Part shown: positions 12,373 to 25,540 of the stretch, piece by piece
Numbering within the stretch: position 1 is the first letter of the stretch
Layout of the letters: each line of letters opens with the position of its first letter
Source of the DNA: Octopus sinensis
Taxonomy: Eukaryota
DNA length: 64,000 nt
Direction: 5' to 3'
Assembly (NCBI RefSeq): GCF_006345805.1
Contig: NC_042997.1
Span: 27,838,001 to 27,902,000, forward strand
Notes under the pieces: model-generated
The model's input: only the letters and a program-made list of their open reading frames with translations
What the model was told of the DNA's origin: nothing
Databases searched by the model: none
Translations under genes and position numbers: made by a program

Positions 12373-13952
12373 CAGACATACATTCATATTTGGGGTTTGC
12401 ACTAAGTAGCGTTGAATGAGATACAGTTACGTACATACATATTTAACATGCTCAATTACAGTCGGATATTGGAATACAATACGCTGCAGAAATTTTTTCG
12501 AAAGAACTTTATAAGCAATACGGGTGTAAACACACTATTACTGTTCGATATATGTAGCTGATAAAGAGAAACTACGCAGAAGAGAATGCACTCTATTGAC
12601 TGACGACGTCATTTGTGGTTTGGTGGTGTGTTTACGTCCATTTATCCAATAAATAAACTATGGGATACAGGATAAATGGAATGGTAGGACAATCGGTTTT
12701 GTAGTAAGCTTCTTAGAATAATAAGTTACATGTAATAACACCACGAATTCAGATCCCTTGGGAGAGAAAATACTGTTCATCTCCCATAAATCCATAAAAT
12801 ATGTTCCGATACTGTACAGTTAATTCAATTGTCTATGCATCCCAAAACACATAAATTTGTCGCTTTCTACCAATAGAAGAAATCATTATATTGAACATGG
12901 TTAATTCTCTATCTCATTGATTAGTTGTTAAATCTAAATTATACAACGGTTAATACAAATGAAAGAACAATGAGCGGAATTTATTTTGTCATGATATTGA
13001 TTGATTATTCCAAGACTTCTAGACGAACCTTTCAGTTTTATTCAGGACAGTTTTTCTATTCAGTATGACTTGTGTAAGCATACAGAGATCGATAACTCGA
13101 TGATTGGAGAATTAAATTATGTTGGCTAAAACACGGTGTTCATTGAAATACAAAGCAATGTAATGTTTAATATATAATCCATAATGAAAATCAGAAAACA
13201 AAACCCAGCTATGAAAAGAATAAAGATTCGTCCATCGATTGTACAAACTTATTCAGTTCTCTAGTGTTAAGGTGCATAAAAAGTTTTATTGGCAGATGTT
13301 GCCTTTCTGAAGATTTCCTGTGTTGTAGTTACTGTATGTGCTTTATATGAAAATCTCGAGCCTTTTGGAATCGGTTATATTATGAATTCTGCGCAACCTG
13401 GAAGAGGCGACCCTGCAAGGCCTTCAATTAAGTTGTCTAACGTTTTGAAGGATTCGGGTAGCTGTTATTTATAGCAACAGTAAAAAGAAAGAAAAAACTA
13501 GAGAAAGAAAAGCCTACGGATTCTTTCCTTGTTCAGATGTCCTCTCTCCACGGCTCCGATGGCTAATCAGAGAATGCTGTATTAACCTTGGAAATAGATA
13601 ATTCAATATGAATGATGTTCTACTACTGGAAACTGTGCAGAAGCCATTAATATTTATATTAAATTGTGAAGGTATTGTAGAACTATATACCTAAATATTT
13701 TATTATTTTTATCGGCAAAAGATGCACTGTAACCGAATCATTTGCAACTTCATTCAATTATAATAACAAAGTCTGTACATTGGTATGTATGTATGTATAT
13801 GTATAAACACAGACACGTGTGTGTTATGATTTTTAGTTTTTACTTGTATTAGTCATTGAACTGAAGGGTTTTAGTCCAACGAATAAGCCCAAGTATTTTT
13901 TATCCACTGTGTGTATATGTACGGTATGTACGAATGTATGTTTGTATGTGTG

Positions 13953-14191
<239 letters not shown>

Positions 14192-14194
14192 TTG

Positions 14195-14490
14195 TATCTC
14201 TTCAGTCATGAATGACCATGAGATGCACCTTGAAAGTTCCCTTCCGGGACATAAATCTGGGCAAAATTGTTTCTGGAAGACAAGTTGTCGACTAATCATA
14301 TCATTGTACTCCCTCCGCGGCACCGATGTTATCGAAGGGAAAAGCAAGGGCTGTTACAGCTTGGTACCAGTGACGTAGCAACTTATTGCTACACATGTGA
14401 ACTAAAACGACGCGAAAAAACAGTCTTGCTAAAGAATACAACAGACAGCCTGGTGCGGGAATCGAACTCACTATCTCATGATTTTGAGCC
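14195..14490 (-). mobile_element. Diverged SINE with tRNA-like head and RTE-like tail
   Basis: B-box-like reverse complement gggaatcgaactc at ~14458-14470; recognised by recall of similar repeats only. Confidence 0.5.
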
Positions 14491-15021
14491 CGACCCTGTA
14501 GTATATATATATATATATATATTTATATATGTCTGTCAGCAAACTTTGCCTACATGTTTAACTAACACCCAGTCCAATTATAGTTCAATATTTATTATAG
14601 TTCAATATTTATTGAATTACAGTTCAATAAAAGACTACAATGTGCCCCCTAGTGGGGTTGAGCTAATTATACGATAAAATAAGAAGGGTAAAGAGTAGTA
14701 ATGCGAAGCAATATGGTAACAGAACGAGGGCCACTGGTATCATATAAGGGCAATCATCGTTGTCTAAGCGACAGATATGGATTAGCAACGGGATACAACG
14801 TTAATAGAGCTGTCATATACACGTGACGCTGCATACATACTTTCGTAAATACATAGATACATGCGTACACACACACACACAGAGGCACATAGGTAACTTT
14901 TAAAACGCCCGGGAAGATGAAAAGGTGGGTGTAAGGAGAGAGGGGGTAGGTGGCTTTTCTGCTAGCCATCGCAAAGAAACACTCGCATACAGACACAGAC
15001 TCACATACATACATACATACA

Positions 15022-15092
<71 letters not shown>

Positions 15093-15779
15093 ATAAGTAC
15101 ATATATACGTACATACATATGCCCTCTATACACCATTTTAAACTCGTGATTATCTGTGTGTACGTATGTCAATGTGTGTGTCTGTGTGTTTCTGTGAGTG
15201 TGTCTGGGTGTGTGTGTCACGTCCTATAACTAGCAGTCTCTCTGTCAGTCTTTCCTGTTACTTTCACATATTGCGAGATTGAAATTACGTCAACATTTTC
15301 AAATTTGGGATTTTCTGCGTAAAATCCGATTTTGCTTTATATTTGTTCCATAACAATTGCAGAGTGATGTTACTTAGGTTTAAATTTTGATCATTTTTAC
15401 CAAATCAGAAAACAGATTTTGGTAGGTGGCATGATAGCTGTCTATCAAAAAATGAAAGCAAAATCATTAGGGGAAGTAATTTTTATTAAACAAATGAAAG
15501 CAAAGCATTACTACGATCAAAGCTGTAAGAACGTCTGAAGTTTAAATAAGTTTTAATGAATAAAATATGTGAAACGATTAAATAAACATGGAAATAATTT
15601 AAGAAGGAAAAAATCGTCAATGGCGTCTTTTGGAGAAAAATTGCACAGATCTGTCCTGATCAAGAGGCCGATCTGTCAGGGAAGGCATGTTATGATATGG
15701 AATAAACAAAAAATTATATAAGATATCTTATTATATAAATTGCTCTGCGACGACGGGTTATTCCGCTAGTACAAATAAG

Positions 15780-15816
<37 letters not shown>

Positions 15817-16122
15817 GAGGAAAAATTATAAAAAGGCAGAATGCTAAATTGAAGGTAAATTTTAATAAAAATGTGTGTAAGGAAAATAAAAAAAATAATA
15901 ACTCAAACCGGCTATTAATATTATTTTTAAGATTTTCCATTCACCCATTTTTATTAAAATTTACCTTCAATTTAGTTTTCTGTTTTTTTTATAATTTTTC
16001 CTCTCCTATCATTTCTCCACGTGCGGTCAACACAGCCACATCATTTATTGATTTATATATATATATGTATATATATCGATCGATCGAGCGAGAGAGTAGT
16101 GGTACAACAAGGCACCAATATT

Positions 16123-16186
<64 letters not shown>

Positions 16187-16245
16187 CATACATACATTAA
16201 CATTCGTGCTTTGTTGTACCAACGTCTATGTATATATATATATAC

Positions 16246-16466
16246 GTAAATAAATGGAGTTGAACGCAGGTGTTATTCAAGTTCTTTTACTTTCGACATA
16301 TGTTATAATGTCTTGTTGTTGGGATAGGTTCTCTCTCTTTCCTGATGAGAAGATTACATTATCTTACACCGCTTATTACTTTGGAATAAAACCAATGTTG
16401 TCTTCGAAACATATGTCGAAAGTAAAACAATTTGAATAACACCTGCGTTCAAATCCATTTATTTAC
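16246..16466 (+). mobile_element. 221-bp element with 59-bp inverted termini enclosing an intact hammerhead ribozyme
   Basis: 16246-16304 is the reverse complement of 16408-16466 with 3 mismatches. Confidence 0.85.
16337..16422 (+). ncRNA. Type I hammerhead ribozyme, intact core
   Basis: Stem I ctttc(16337-41)/gaaag(16418-22); CTGATGA 16342-48; stem II gaaga/tcttc extended by acatt/aatgt; GAAA 16406-09; palindromic stem III acatatgt; GUC cleavage after 16417. Confidence 0.88.
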
Positions 16467-16625
16467 TTACACTATACAAATTACTGCACATTAACCCGGA
16501 GTTTCTACCTTTGAATAGGTCGCTACATCCTTGTTACTTGCGTAAATTTTGCTATACTGGTAACTGTTTATTGAATTTTTCGTATTAACCGGAAACAAAC
16601 GATAATACAATAATTCATTCATCAA

Positions 16626-16667
<42 letters not shown>

Positions 16668-16668
<1 letters not shown>

Positions 16669-16872
16669 TTAATCCAAACAAGAAAGGACAAAAGACACAA
16701 CAACACGAGGACGTGGAACAAATATAGTATTATGGAACGCTCAGGAAAGAAGAAAAGAAGGAGGGTTTAACGTTAAGAGCGGAGCTCTTCGTTGGAAACA
16801 TAGGAGAAGGAAAGATCCAGAGAAGGGAAGACAGAGGAAAAAAATCGCCAACGGTACACACGAGGTCGCATT
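16668..16872 (-). mobile_element. Family F short repeat with a degenerate hammerhead-like motif (16765-16799)
   Basis: Minus strand gttt-ccaacga-agagc-tcc-gctc-ttaa-cgtt-aaac: stems I and II and the ACGU palindrome are kept, the core is mutated at 4 positions; related pieces at 4270-4367 and ~32125-32170. Confidence 0.55.
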
Positions 16873-17048
16873 AAAAAAAAAATATATGTATATATATATA
16901 TAAGTATTCTAAGGTATTCTGAGTATCTGAAAGTGTGTAGAAATCCCTCGTAGCTCTAATAATTTACAGATTCACTCAGAACCGCATGGTCCGATTTATG
17001 AGTGAATTAACATGTCCCTATGGACCCATTGTAGACGAAGCTCCTTAC

Positions 17049-17091
17049 CTCTTTAGCTGCTGATCTAAGAATAGTTAGCTCCATATAAATC
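17049..17091 (-). CDS. Candidate internal coding exon of an unknown gene (IYMELTILRSAAKE)
   Basis: ttttagaatgcag acceptor and gag|gtaagg donor; only one open frame; phase-compatible with 18701-18767. Confidence 0.27.
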
Positions 17092-17524
17092 CTGCATTCT
17101 AAAAGCTACTCGATACGTAATACTTTTTTCACGAGACACCAAGGCCAATAAAATAATATTCATAGTACAGGTTATGAAGCCATAACACCAACACAAAGAC
17201 GATCGCCTTTCATTAATCCAGTATCGCTAGGAAAAGTGGCTGAGGCAACAGAGATAGGAGGAGCATGCTCTTGGAATTCTACTGTTTTGACATCGCACAC
17301 AGGCTACTATGGAGGAATAGTAGTTGTTAACAAATTTAGGAAAGATATGGTTTTAGTAAACCTACTAAATAAACGACAAATCATTAAACTAAGATTGTGC
17401 GTATGTGTCTTGCTGATTCCTCATTCATTGAAGTGATAACAGAGTTCCCTAGACTGATGTGTGCATATACATGTGAACATAAATATATGTTCATCTATAT
17501 GTATATACACTTATGAATTGGAAT

Positions 17525-17908
17525 TGGAAGCACTCCGTCGGTTACGACGATGAGCGTTCCGGTTGATCCGAATCAACGGAACAGCCTGCTCGTGAATTTA
17601 ACGTGTAAGTGGCTGAGCACTCCACAGACACGTGTACCCTTAACGTAGTTCTCGGGGATATTCAGCGTGACACAGAGAGTGACAAGGCCGGCCCTTTGAA
17701 ATACAGGTACAACAGAAACAGGAAGTAAGAGTGAGAGAAAGTTGTGGTGAAAGAGTACAGCAGGGATCACCACCATCCCCTGCCGGAGCCTCGTGGACCT
17801 TTTAGGTGTTTTCGCTCAATAAACACTCACAACGCCCGGTCTGGGAATCGAAACCGCGATCCTACGACCGCGAGTCCGCTGCCTTAACCACTGGGCCATT
17901 GCGCCTCC
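17525..17908 (-). mobile_element. tRNA-derived SINE, family A (long-tail), with 61-bp flanking direct repeats
   Basis: Near-identical to 39082-39464; (TTCCAA)n tail; 17458-17518 matches 17912-17972 with 2 mismatches. Confidence 0.95.
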
Positions 17909-18700
17909 ACCTGTGTGCATATACATGTGAACATAAATGTATGTTTATCTATATGTATATACACTTATGAATATGTGCATAGAAATATATGTGAATATAT
18001 GTGTGTATATAGGAAATTTAGGTTATTTACGTGTGCATATCTCCCTACACACACGCGTGGGCGTGTTCGCAATCATAGTCATATAAACATATATAGTTTG
18101 TGTGTGTGTGTGTGTGCTTGTATGTATATGTGTGTGTGTTTGTGTGTTTGCGTGTGTGTGTGTGTGTATTTGCTTTATATACTAAAATGTTACGTCGAAC
18201 TGAAAATAGTCTTGTGATACTTTGCTTCATCTCAGTTACATTCGTTGATGTTCCGTCAACCTTGTCTTCCAAACTCCTACGATATCGACATAAAATTACC
18301 TGATAGCGAACTGAGATCAATAAAATTGAATGAAGCCTTTGAAAGCGGGCCACTTCATAGCCACAGACTAAATACCGAAACCAGTGAAAGCTAAAAATCT
18401 AAACAAAAGTACAGAAAAATGTCTTACTGGAAATATATTACAAATTTGAATAGTTAGTCTTGCGTTTCATCATTATCACATGTGATGTTTTATGTGTACA
18501 ATAAAACATGGTATATCTGAACATAAAGCTCACACCCACACAGATCATAAAATCTTACTGAATAGTATGGAAGCAATATGCAAATCGATGAAATATATAC
18601 TGAAAATATTAAACACTAATTAACTGCGATAAAATGTATATCATGATGTGACATTCCGAAGAGTGTCAAAACACAACACATGTTTATCGAAAACCCATAC

Positions 18701-18767
18701 CCATGGGTGTCCATCCAAATTACGAGCTCCAGCTTCCATTCAGTGCCATGAAAGATACGTAAGATAC
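18701..18767 (-). CDS. Candidate internal coding exon of an unknown gene (ILRIFHGTEWKLELVIWMDTHG)
   Basis: gtattctcattcattag acceptor and tgg|gtatgg donor; open frame joins in phase to 17049-17091; no homology recognised. Confidence 0.27.
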
Positions 18768-18928
18768 CTAATGAATGAGAATACAACCATCTGCTTTAAT
18801 AACTGTGTCCATAAGCTAGAAATATTTAATCCTGAATGTGCATTACAAAGCACACACATCCTATCTCTTTCTCAACTTTCTCCCTCTCACACATAACATA
18901 CATGATACCTGCATCCATTCAAAAGGAT

Positions 18929-18977
<49 letters not shown>

Positions 18978-20065
18978 ATAACTTGGAAATAAAGTAGAAT
19001 AGATAGTAAATCCTCCTTATCGTAAAAGACTATCTAAGAAGATATAGCTTATCTGTAATCAATATAAATCAAGGACAGTGTTTTAGAGTAATACTACAGT
19101 CTGCGGACGTCTCACTAGAATTAAGAGATGAAGCATTCAACAATTGCATTCATAACAACTCATTCACTTGTGATAGTATTTACAAAACAGACAGGACGCC
19201 GTTTACGATAAGAATCACATGAAAACGTTAAGCTCCAATTAGAGATGAAACATAATCAGGAATAAGATAACATGTATCATGTAAAAATGCAAATCAAGCT
19301 ATATAAGACGGCAAAATTATTTTAATGTTAGAACTATTACTGTAGTTTTTCATTTCTTGGAATTATTTCCCCTTTACTTTGGGAGACGTGAGCAATTAGC
19401 GGTTGGTGATTCCCATCTTTCATACCAAGAGGCCAACTTCAATTGATTGAGATATTTCGCTTTCGTCGTCCCTTATCTGATTAATTTAAATACCTGCTAT
19501 TAACCGACTTTTGTTATTTCGACTACCTCATTATGCAAATTATAACTGGTCAAAAGTCTACATAACTCTTTGCACGTAAAGGATCTGTCGATTTTTCTAG
19601 CGTATTAACCATACTTCGCTAACGAGGCGCAGTAATGTCGTATATAACCCTTTGCCTAATAAAAATGTTCAATAAGCATGTATATAAATTCTGTTAAATT
19701 GGAATGCCATCAGCAATTAACACTAGGATTTTGTTTTCCTTTTTGTAACTAAATGGGATATTTAAATTAACAGAGAATCTTTTAGCTTTGTCATAACTGC
19801 TTACCTGTATTAATTGCTGTTTGACAGTTTTATTTGGTGATTTATGATAATAGCTTTCCGGCTTTCTTTTAAAGTTGTTGTTTAGCTCGAATATGACTTA
19901 GATAAGCATATCTATGAATAAAAGTAATTCATCCATGACTGTCTTGTGTTTTCCTCAGCGTAACATACTTAGGTCTGCATTATTCAGTGTGTTTTTACAT
20001 TAATTAGTCTTAAATTATCGCAAAGAGGATGGGAATGACCGTTGAAAATTTGGCTTATATTTCTA

Positions 20066-20884
20066 TTGAGTTTGCAACTAAGTTCCCGGCGTTTTTTAAA
20101 AATTAATTTTGTTTAAAGGTTTAATAAAAACTAACAACTAATTAATCAATAATGTATTCACCCTTGTTGTTTACAACTTCTTGCCAACGTTCAACAATAT
20201 TTTCAATACCTCGTTGGTAGAAATCACCCGATTTCGACTCGAAAAATTGATTCACATAAGCTCTCAGTTCTGCACCAGTATTGAACGAAACTCCGCGCAT
20301 GGCATTTAAAAAACATCGAAAGAGATGGAAATCCGTTGGTGCCAAATCAGAAAAGTACGGCGGGTTTGGCTGCACTTCCCAGCTATACGTTTGAATGGCT
20401 TCCTTGGTCATATTGGCGATATGAGGGTGAGTAGTGTCGTGCAGCAGAAGAACTCCATGCTGACAATTAGGTATTTTCTCTTGAATAGCCGTGTTGAGTC
20501 GTTCCATCTGTTGAACATAGACTTCCGCGTTGACCGTTTGGTTCCGTGCGTCGAGGTGCGTCTTTGAGGTAAAATGTTTCATTTTTAAACTTGGCATACC
20601 AATAACGAGCGGTTCTTTCAGATATGCACTCTCTCCATACACAGCACATATGTCGCGAGCAGCTTTTGCGGCTTTAGAACCTTGATTAAAATCAAAGAGA
20701 AAGCGGTGTCGAAAATGCTCGTTTTTCTTAACTTGACATTTCATTTTAATGATCTGACAATAAACAAAAATTAACTAAAATTAACTAGAAAAAAATAGAT
20801 TCCGAAATGATTCAAAATTAGAATTCTCGAAAACAATAAATTCCAAAATTTAAAAAAGAGGTGGGAACTTAGTTGCCAATCCAA
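20066..20884 (-). mobile_element. Mariner (Tc1/mariner) DNA transposon, internally deleted
   Basis: 22-bp TIRs (19/22 identical, core gcaactaagttccc); TA TSDs at 20064-65 and 20885-86. Confidence 0.92.
20142..20744 (-). pseudogene. Mariner transposase remnant (HTH N-terminus fused to catalytic C-terminus)
   Basis: EHFRHRFLFDFNQG..AARDICAVYG; LLHDTTHPH; PNPPYFSDLAPTDFHLF (YSPDLAP motif); the central part with the first catalytic Asp is missing. Confidence 0.9.
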
Positions 20885-23800
20885 TAGCAGGTCGAACTAA
20901 ATCGAACTAAAAATCTCTTTGCTTCTGAAGAAGTCTTCGTACAGAGGCATTCCAGTCGCGACAGCGCCAAAGCGTTTAGGCACACTTTTCATTTGACCCT
21001 GCAGTTAAATGTATTGTTCCGTTTTATAAATGGTATTGTAAAGTTTGAGATAGATTTAACCGAAACCATTTTATGCGCTCTGGACTTTGCGCAGGTATTT
21101 ATTCTAGGATTGTGTTGATATATATGTATATATATATTCTATGCTCGTGCTGGAGGGATGTATAGAACTATGTAGTCTAAGCTTCTGTGGAGACGATTAT
21201 GATCTAGGTTTATATTAACTTGCGCGATTTTCGATTCTGTTGAGTGACGTCTTCTTGGTTTGCGTTGAAATATGTGCTTTAGATTTTACACTGTGAGGCG
21301 ATAATCGTATTATTTATTTTACAGGTATTTCCAATACTGTTCTTCATGTATTGTTTCTACGCTATATGTTATTTTATAGTGATGGGCCATCGCTAATTCT
21401 GTTGACACTGGAATGTGAAGTCAATAGTATTCACGGTGCTGCACTGAGTATAATGTTATCAATATATTACTGATTGCTATGTTGCTTTTGTATATTCTAA
21501 AAAAACGTTGAGTAAATAGTGATTGCATTGCACTTATATCGACTCTCATGTTGCTGTGTTATGTGGATTTGCAGCTAAGTATTGCATTTTGTGGTTTCCA
21601 CTTTCGCTCGAATATTGATTCGTTATGATCGTGCCTCTGTGAATTATTTAGTTATTATTTGAGCTCAGTCATAATCTTCAAAGTGGCGTCAGTTATGGTT
21701 ATAATGTTGATGACTTTGATTGGAATAATAATGAGCAGTTGGAAGCAGAGGCATAAGAAGACAAGTACGATGCTGGTAACTATGACGATGTTGCAATTAC
21801 AACAAATATATTTTTGATAACTAACGAGAATGAATGATACATAGAAGGATTGTGGCAAGAAAAAGTTTACTAACGGTAGTTGAGAATGTAATTATTTGAA
21901 AAATCGTGCTGGAAGAGGATAAATATCACGAGAAAATATTGCCTACAATATTTAAAAGAATAGAGAGGAAATTTTCTTTACAATTGCGTTGTACAAATTT
22001 ATAACAAAGCATGAAATGAAGATAATAAAAAAAATCTCGAAAAATGCTCTAAGATAAATTGAGATTACAAATTTAGTAAATAGCGTCGAAATTAATTCAT
22101 GAAAGAAGGCGGTGAAATAGTTTATCTTTGAAGTTTGAACATTAAAAATCAAACATAAGAAAAAAATTGTTGCGGATTTCAGTTTCAAAGTTATATTTTC
22201 CAGCCTAATTTGAGACTATTCATTTAGACACAATATATATCTCTATAGTCTATTATAGTTGTGAGGGAAATGACTTGATGACATCTCCTTTACTATTAAA
22301 TTAGTGACATCTCTAACTAGTTTCTCAGTTCAAACCTAATAGAATGTCTAAACGAAAATAAGAGGAATGGTAAATGCGTGAGAATTGCACCACAGATACA
22401 TGTTTCAGTAACATATTAAGAACACCTTATACTTAAAGACTGTGAGCTAACGAGAAAAGCTCAAAGTAACCACTCAAAGTTTTCAAAACGGTTACCAAAT
22501 TTCCCACCATGACGTTTTAAATAATAATGTAACGATAAATTGCAGACTGTGGTATTGATCTTCACAGTAGGAACACCTTTAATTATACGTCTAAGCGATC
22601 AACTTGAGTTTGAGCAACAGCTAATTTATTAAAAATATGGAACGGCTATTAATAGTGCACTTTACTACATAACACATTAGTAAACCTTACATAAAACAGG
22701 TGCACAATCCTTACTTTAAACTTGATCTATCCTGCACATTACCCTTGTTAATTCCACTAACTCCATGAATAATTTGTAACTTTCTGTGGATGTCAGACAG
22801 CCACTATTTCATCTTCACTTTAATATTGTTTTCTGCAAATTATATGACTAAATGTGGATCATTATAAAATTGCGAACTCCCTCATTTGAATTCTTAGGCT
22901 TTGCTTCCATTATGAATGGAAAGAATAACGAAACATGATGAGTCTGCCTAGAGGTAATTCAGTGTTTCTTTTTTTCACCCGTTTTACGTTGTCTGAATCC
23001 CTGTCTCGTCATAATTTGAAAAGGTTTTATCTTAGTCTATAGCTTGTTCGCGATATTAACGATGTGACAGCGTGAAAAACTGGTATATTTGTCAACAATT
23101 AATCATTATTATAATAGAATTCCATGCTACATAACATATCGCTTTACGCAACTGTAATTATATCATCTGTAAACGTCATCAAAGCTACTTTAATACGGTC
23201 AGGAATGACGTGTCCTATAAAATCTGCTCAAGTCAGGATAATCTAATCTCGACCAACTGTTGCATGTTTCATAACTACCACTCGGACACTTATGATTATT
23301 GTATGTTCTATGTTTATAAGAAGTCAAAATATAAAACAACAATATGAATGCATATCAGCATAGGGGTTATGGGCAGAATGAATAATATTTACAGCCTTTG
23401 TGGTTTTGAGGTAAAATATATTTCTTACAAATGTCACTACCTTGTAAATACTAAATCACCTAAGCAAACTACCTTTTCTAAATAAATTAAAGACTCTATA
23501 ACATATTCAGAACACTGTTTCAGAAAATTACAACCGGTCTCTTTGTGCATATAATTGACTATTTAGCAGGGGCAAAATGAGTAAGACAATATAAGGTAAA
23601 TTCTTCAGTTCTCCAAAATTAAATCTGAAAACAGACTCATACACATCGGAATCTCTCCTTATACATCACAAAGATCAGAAATGCAACAAACATTTTTAAT
23701 ATCTGGGTCAAATGAAAGAGAATCATGGAAAAGTGGCACACAATATGAAATTATCGCAACTTGACTAAATTTAAATCTTAACGTAAAACATTCTTTATAG

Positions 23801-24550
23801 CTGCTTCACGATGTGCTGGAGTGTATCTCTTCCTGATATATTTTACACACCATGCTGTTAAAGAAACTATATTATAGAAATTATTCATTTTGTCTCAGTT
23901 TAGACATCACATTTTGAAAACTGATAATTACCAAATTAAACAATAGTGTTGGAGAAAAATTGACTTGGAATCCAAGAGAAAATAGAATATCAATTTATAA
24001 ATACAAAAATTATCTAGATATTTTATTAGCTACCTAAATTACAATCAGATCAAAGTTGACGAAAATTTCTTAAAAAAAAGTACCTGTCACCTATGTTTCA
24101 AACTCTCTCAAGATCATCAACAACTACGCAGACCAATTTTACTCTCAAATATGATGTAATAGTAAAAAATAATGACGCAATACTGGCAACGTAGTGGTTT
24201 AAAACAGACAGGGAGAGAATAACGAAAAAGCAGATGACCCAGCCACCAGTTTTGCTTCTCCACCATTCATGGCGTCACAAATCTCACCAACAGTCGCACC
24301 AGAGTGAGAAATAAGGCAATGATATTTCAACATTCATTGGAGTTGAATTTGATGCAGTCATCTTAGTACTAAACGGATGACATCCAAAACAACCCTCACT
24401 GAACCTTACACATAATATCAAGCCAAATGCCAAAACTTCTGTAACGACAGCCCTATGTGCACCATGTATCTATTACGGCAGACGTTTTTTTTCCCAAGTC
24501 TCTTCTTATCATTTGTACATTATGACCGTGTGTACGTTATGATCATTTAT

Positions 24551-24581
<31 letters not shown>

Positions 24582-25124
24582 CAAATACGGATCAATGAAC
24601 AAAATAAAATGCTATTTGAGAAACGTAAAACAATCTGACCGGGGAAATTTACAGAAAGAGACAGAATATCAATTTGCTAAATTTAATAGCAGCACGGTTT
24701 TAACATAGATACTGCAAAAAATAAATAAACAAATAGATAACTAGATAACTAAATAAATGAATAAATAAATAAAGTAGATCTAATGTAGTATAACCTGAGG
24801 AAGTATTGTATAACCAAATGTCAGTACTGAAACGGTCAATATAATAAAATGAAAAGCAGCATCAAACATTACAGCAACCAACACAATTGCCAGAATTAAA
24901 ATTGAGCATTAATTTATTTTAAAAAGTGAAAACTGAAGTGTATTTGCAAGCGATTTAAATCACAAACAAGTAGTATGATATTAAATATAATAATTAGCAG
25001 GGTAACTACACTTGAAACGTTACAATGATAACTTCAAAAAGTACACCCATATCGCAAGGACAAGCTAGTGGATCAAATATTTAAAAAAGAAGCACTCTTT
25101 TCAAATAATGAAGGCCTTGATACA

Positions 25125-25540
25125 TATTTCTTTACTACCCACAAGGGGTTAAACACAGAGAGGACAAACAAGGACAGACAAACGGATTAAGTCGATTATA
25201 TCGACCCCAGTGCGTAACTGGTACTTAATTTATCGACCCCGAAAGGATGAAAGGCAAAGTCGACCTCGGCGGAATTGAACTCAGAAGGTAGCGGCAGACG
25301 AAATACCTATTTCTTTACTGCCCACAAGGGGCTAAACACAGAGAGGACAAACAAGGACAGACAAACGGATTAAGTCGATTATATCAACCGCAGGGCGTAA
25401 CTGGTACTTATTTAATCGACCCCGAGAGGATGAAAGGTAAAGTCAACCTCGGCGGAATTTGAACTCAGAACGTAGCGGCAGACGAAATACTGCTAACCAT
25501 TTCGTCCAGCGTGCAAACGATTCTGCCAGCTCACCGCCTT
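25125..25540 (-). mobile_element. SINE family C head-to-tail dimer
   Basis: Full unit plus headless second unit, junction at 25306/25307; 12-bp direct repeat gccttgatacat at 25114-25 and 25536-47. Confidence 0.9.

Noticed and set aside
16246-16466. Ordinary Tc1/mariner MITE with TA TSD
   Set aside because: The right arm overlaps an intact hammerhead core, which favours a Penelope-type inverted duplication; not fully excluded
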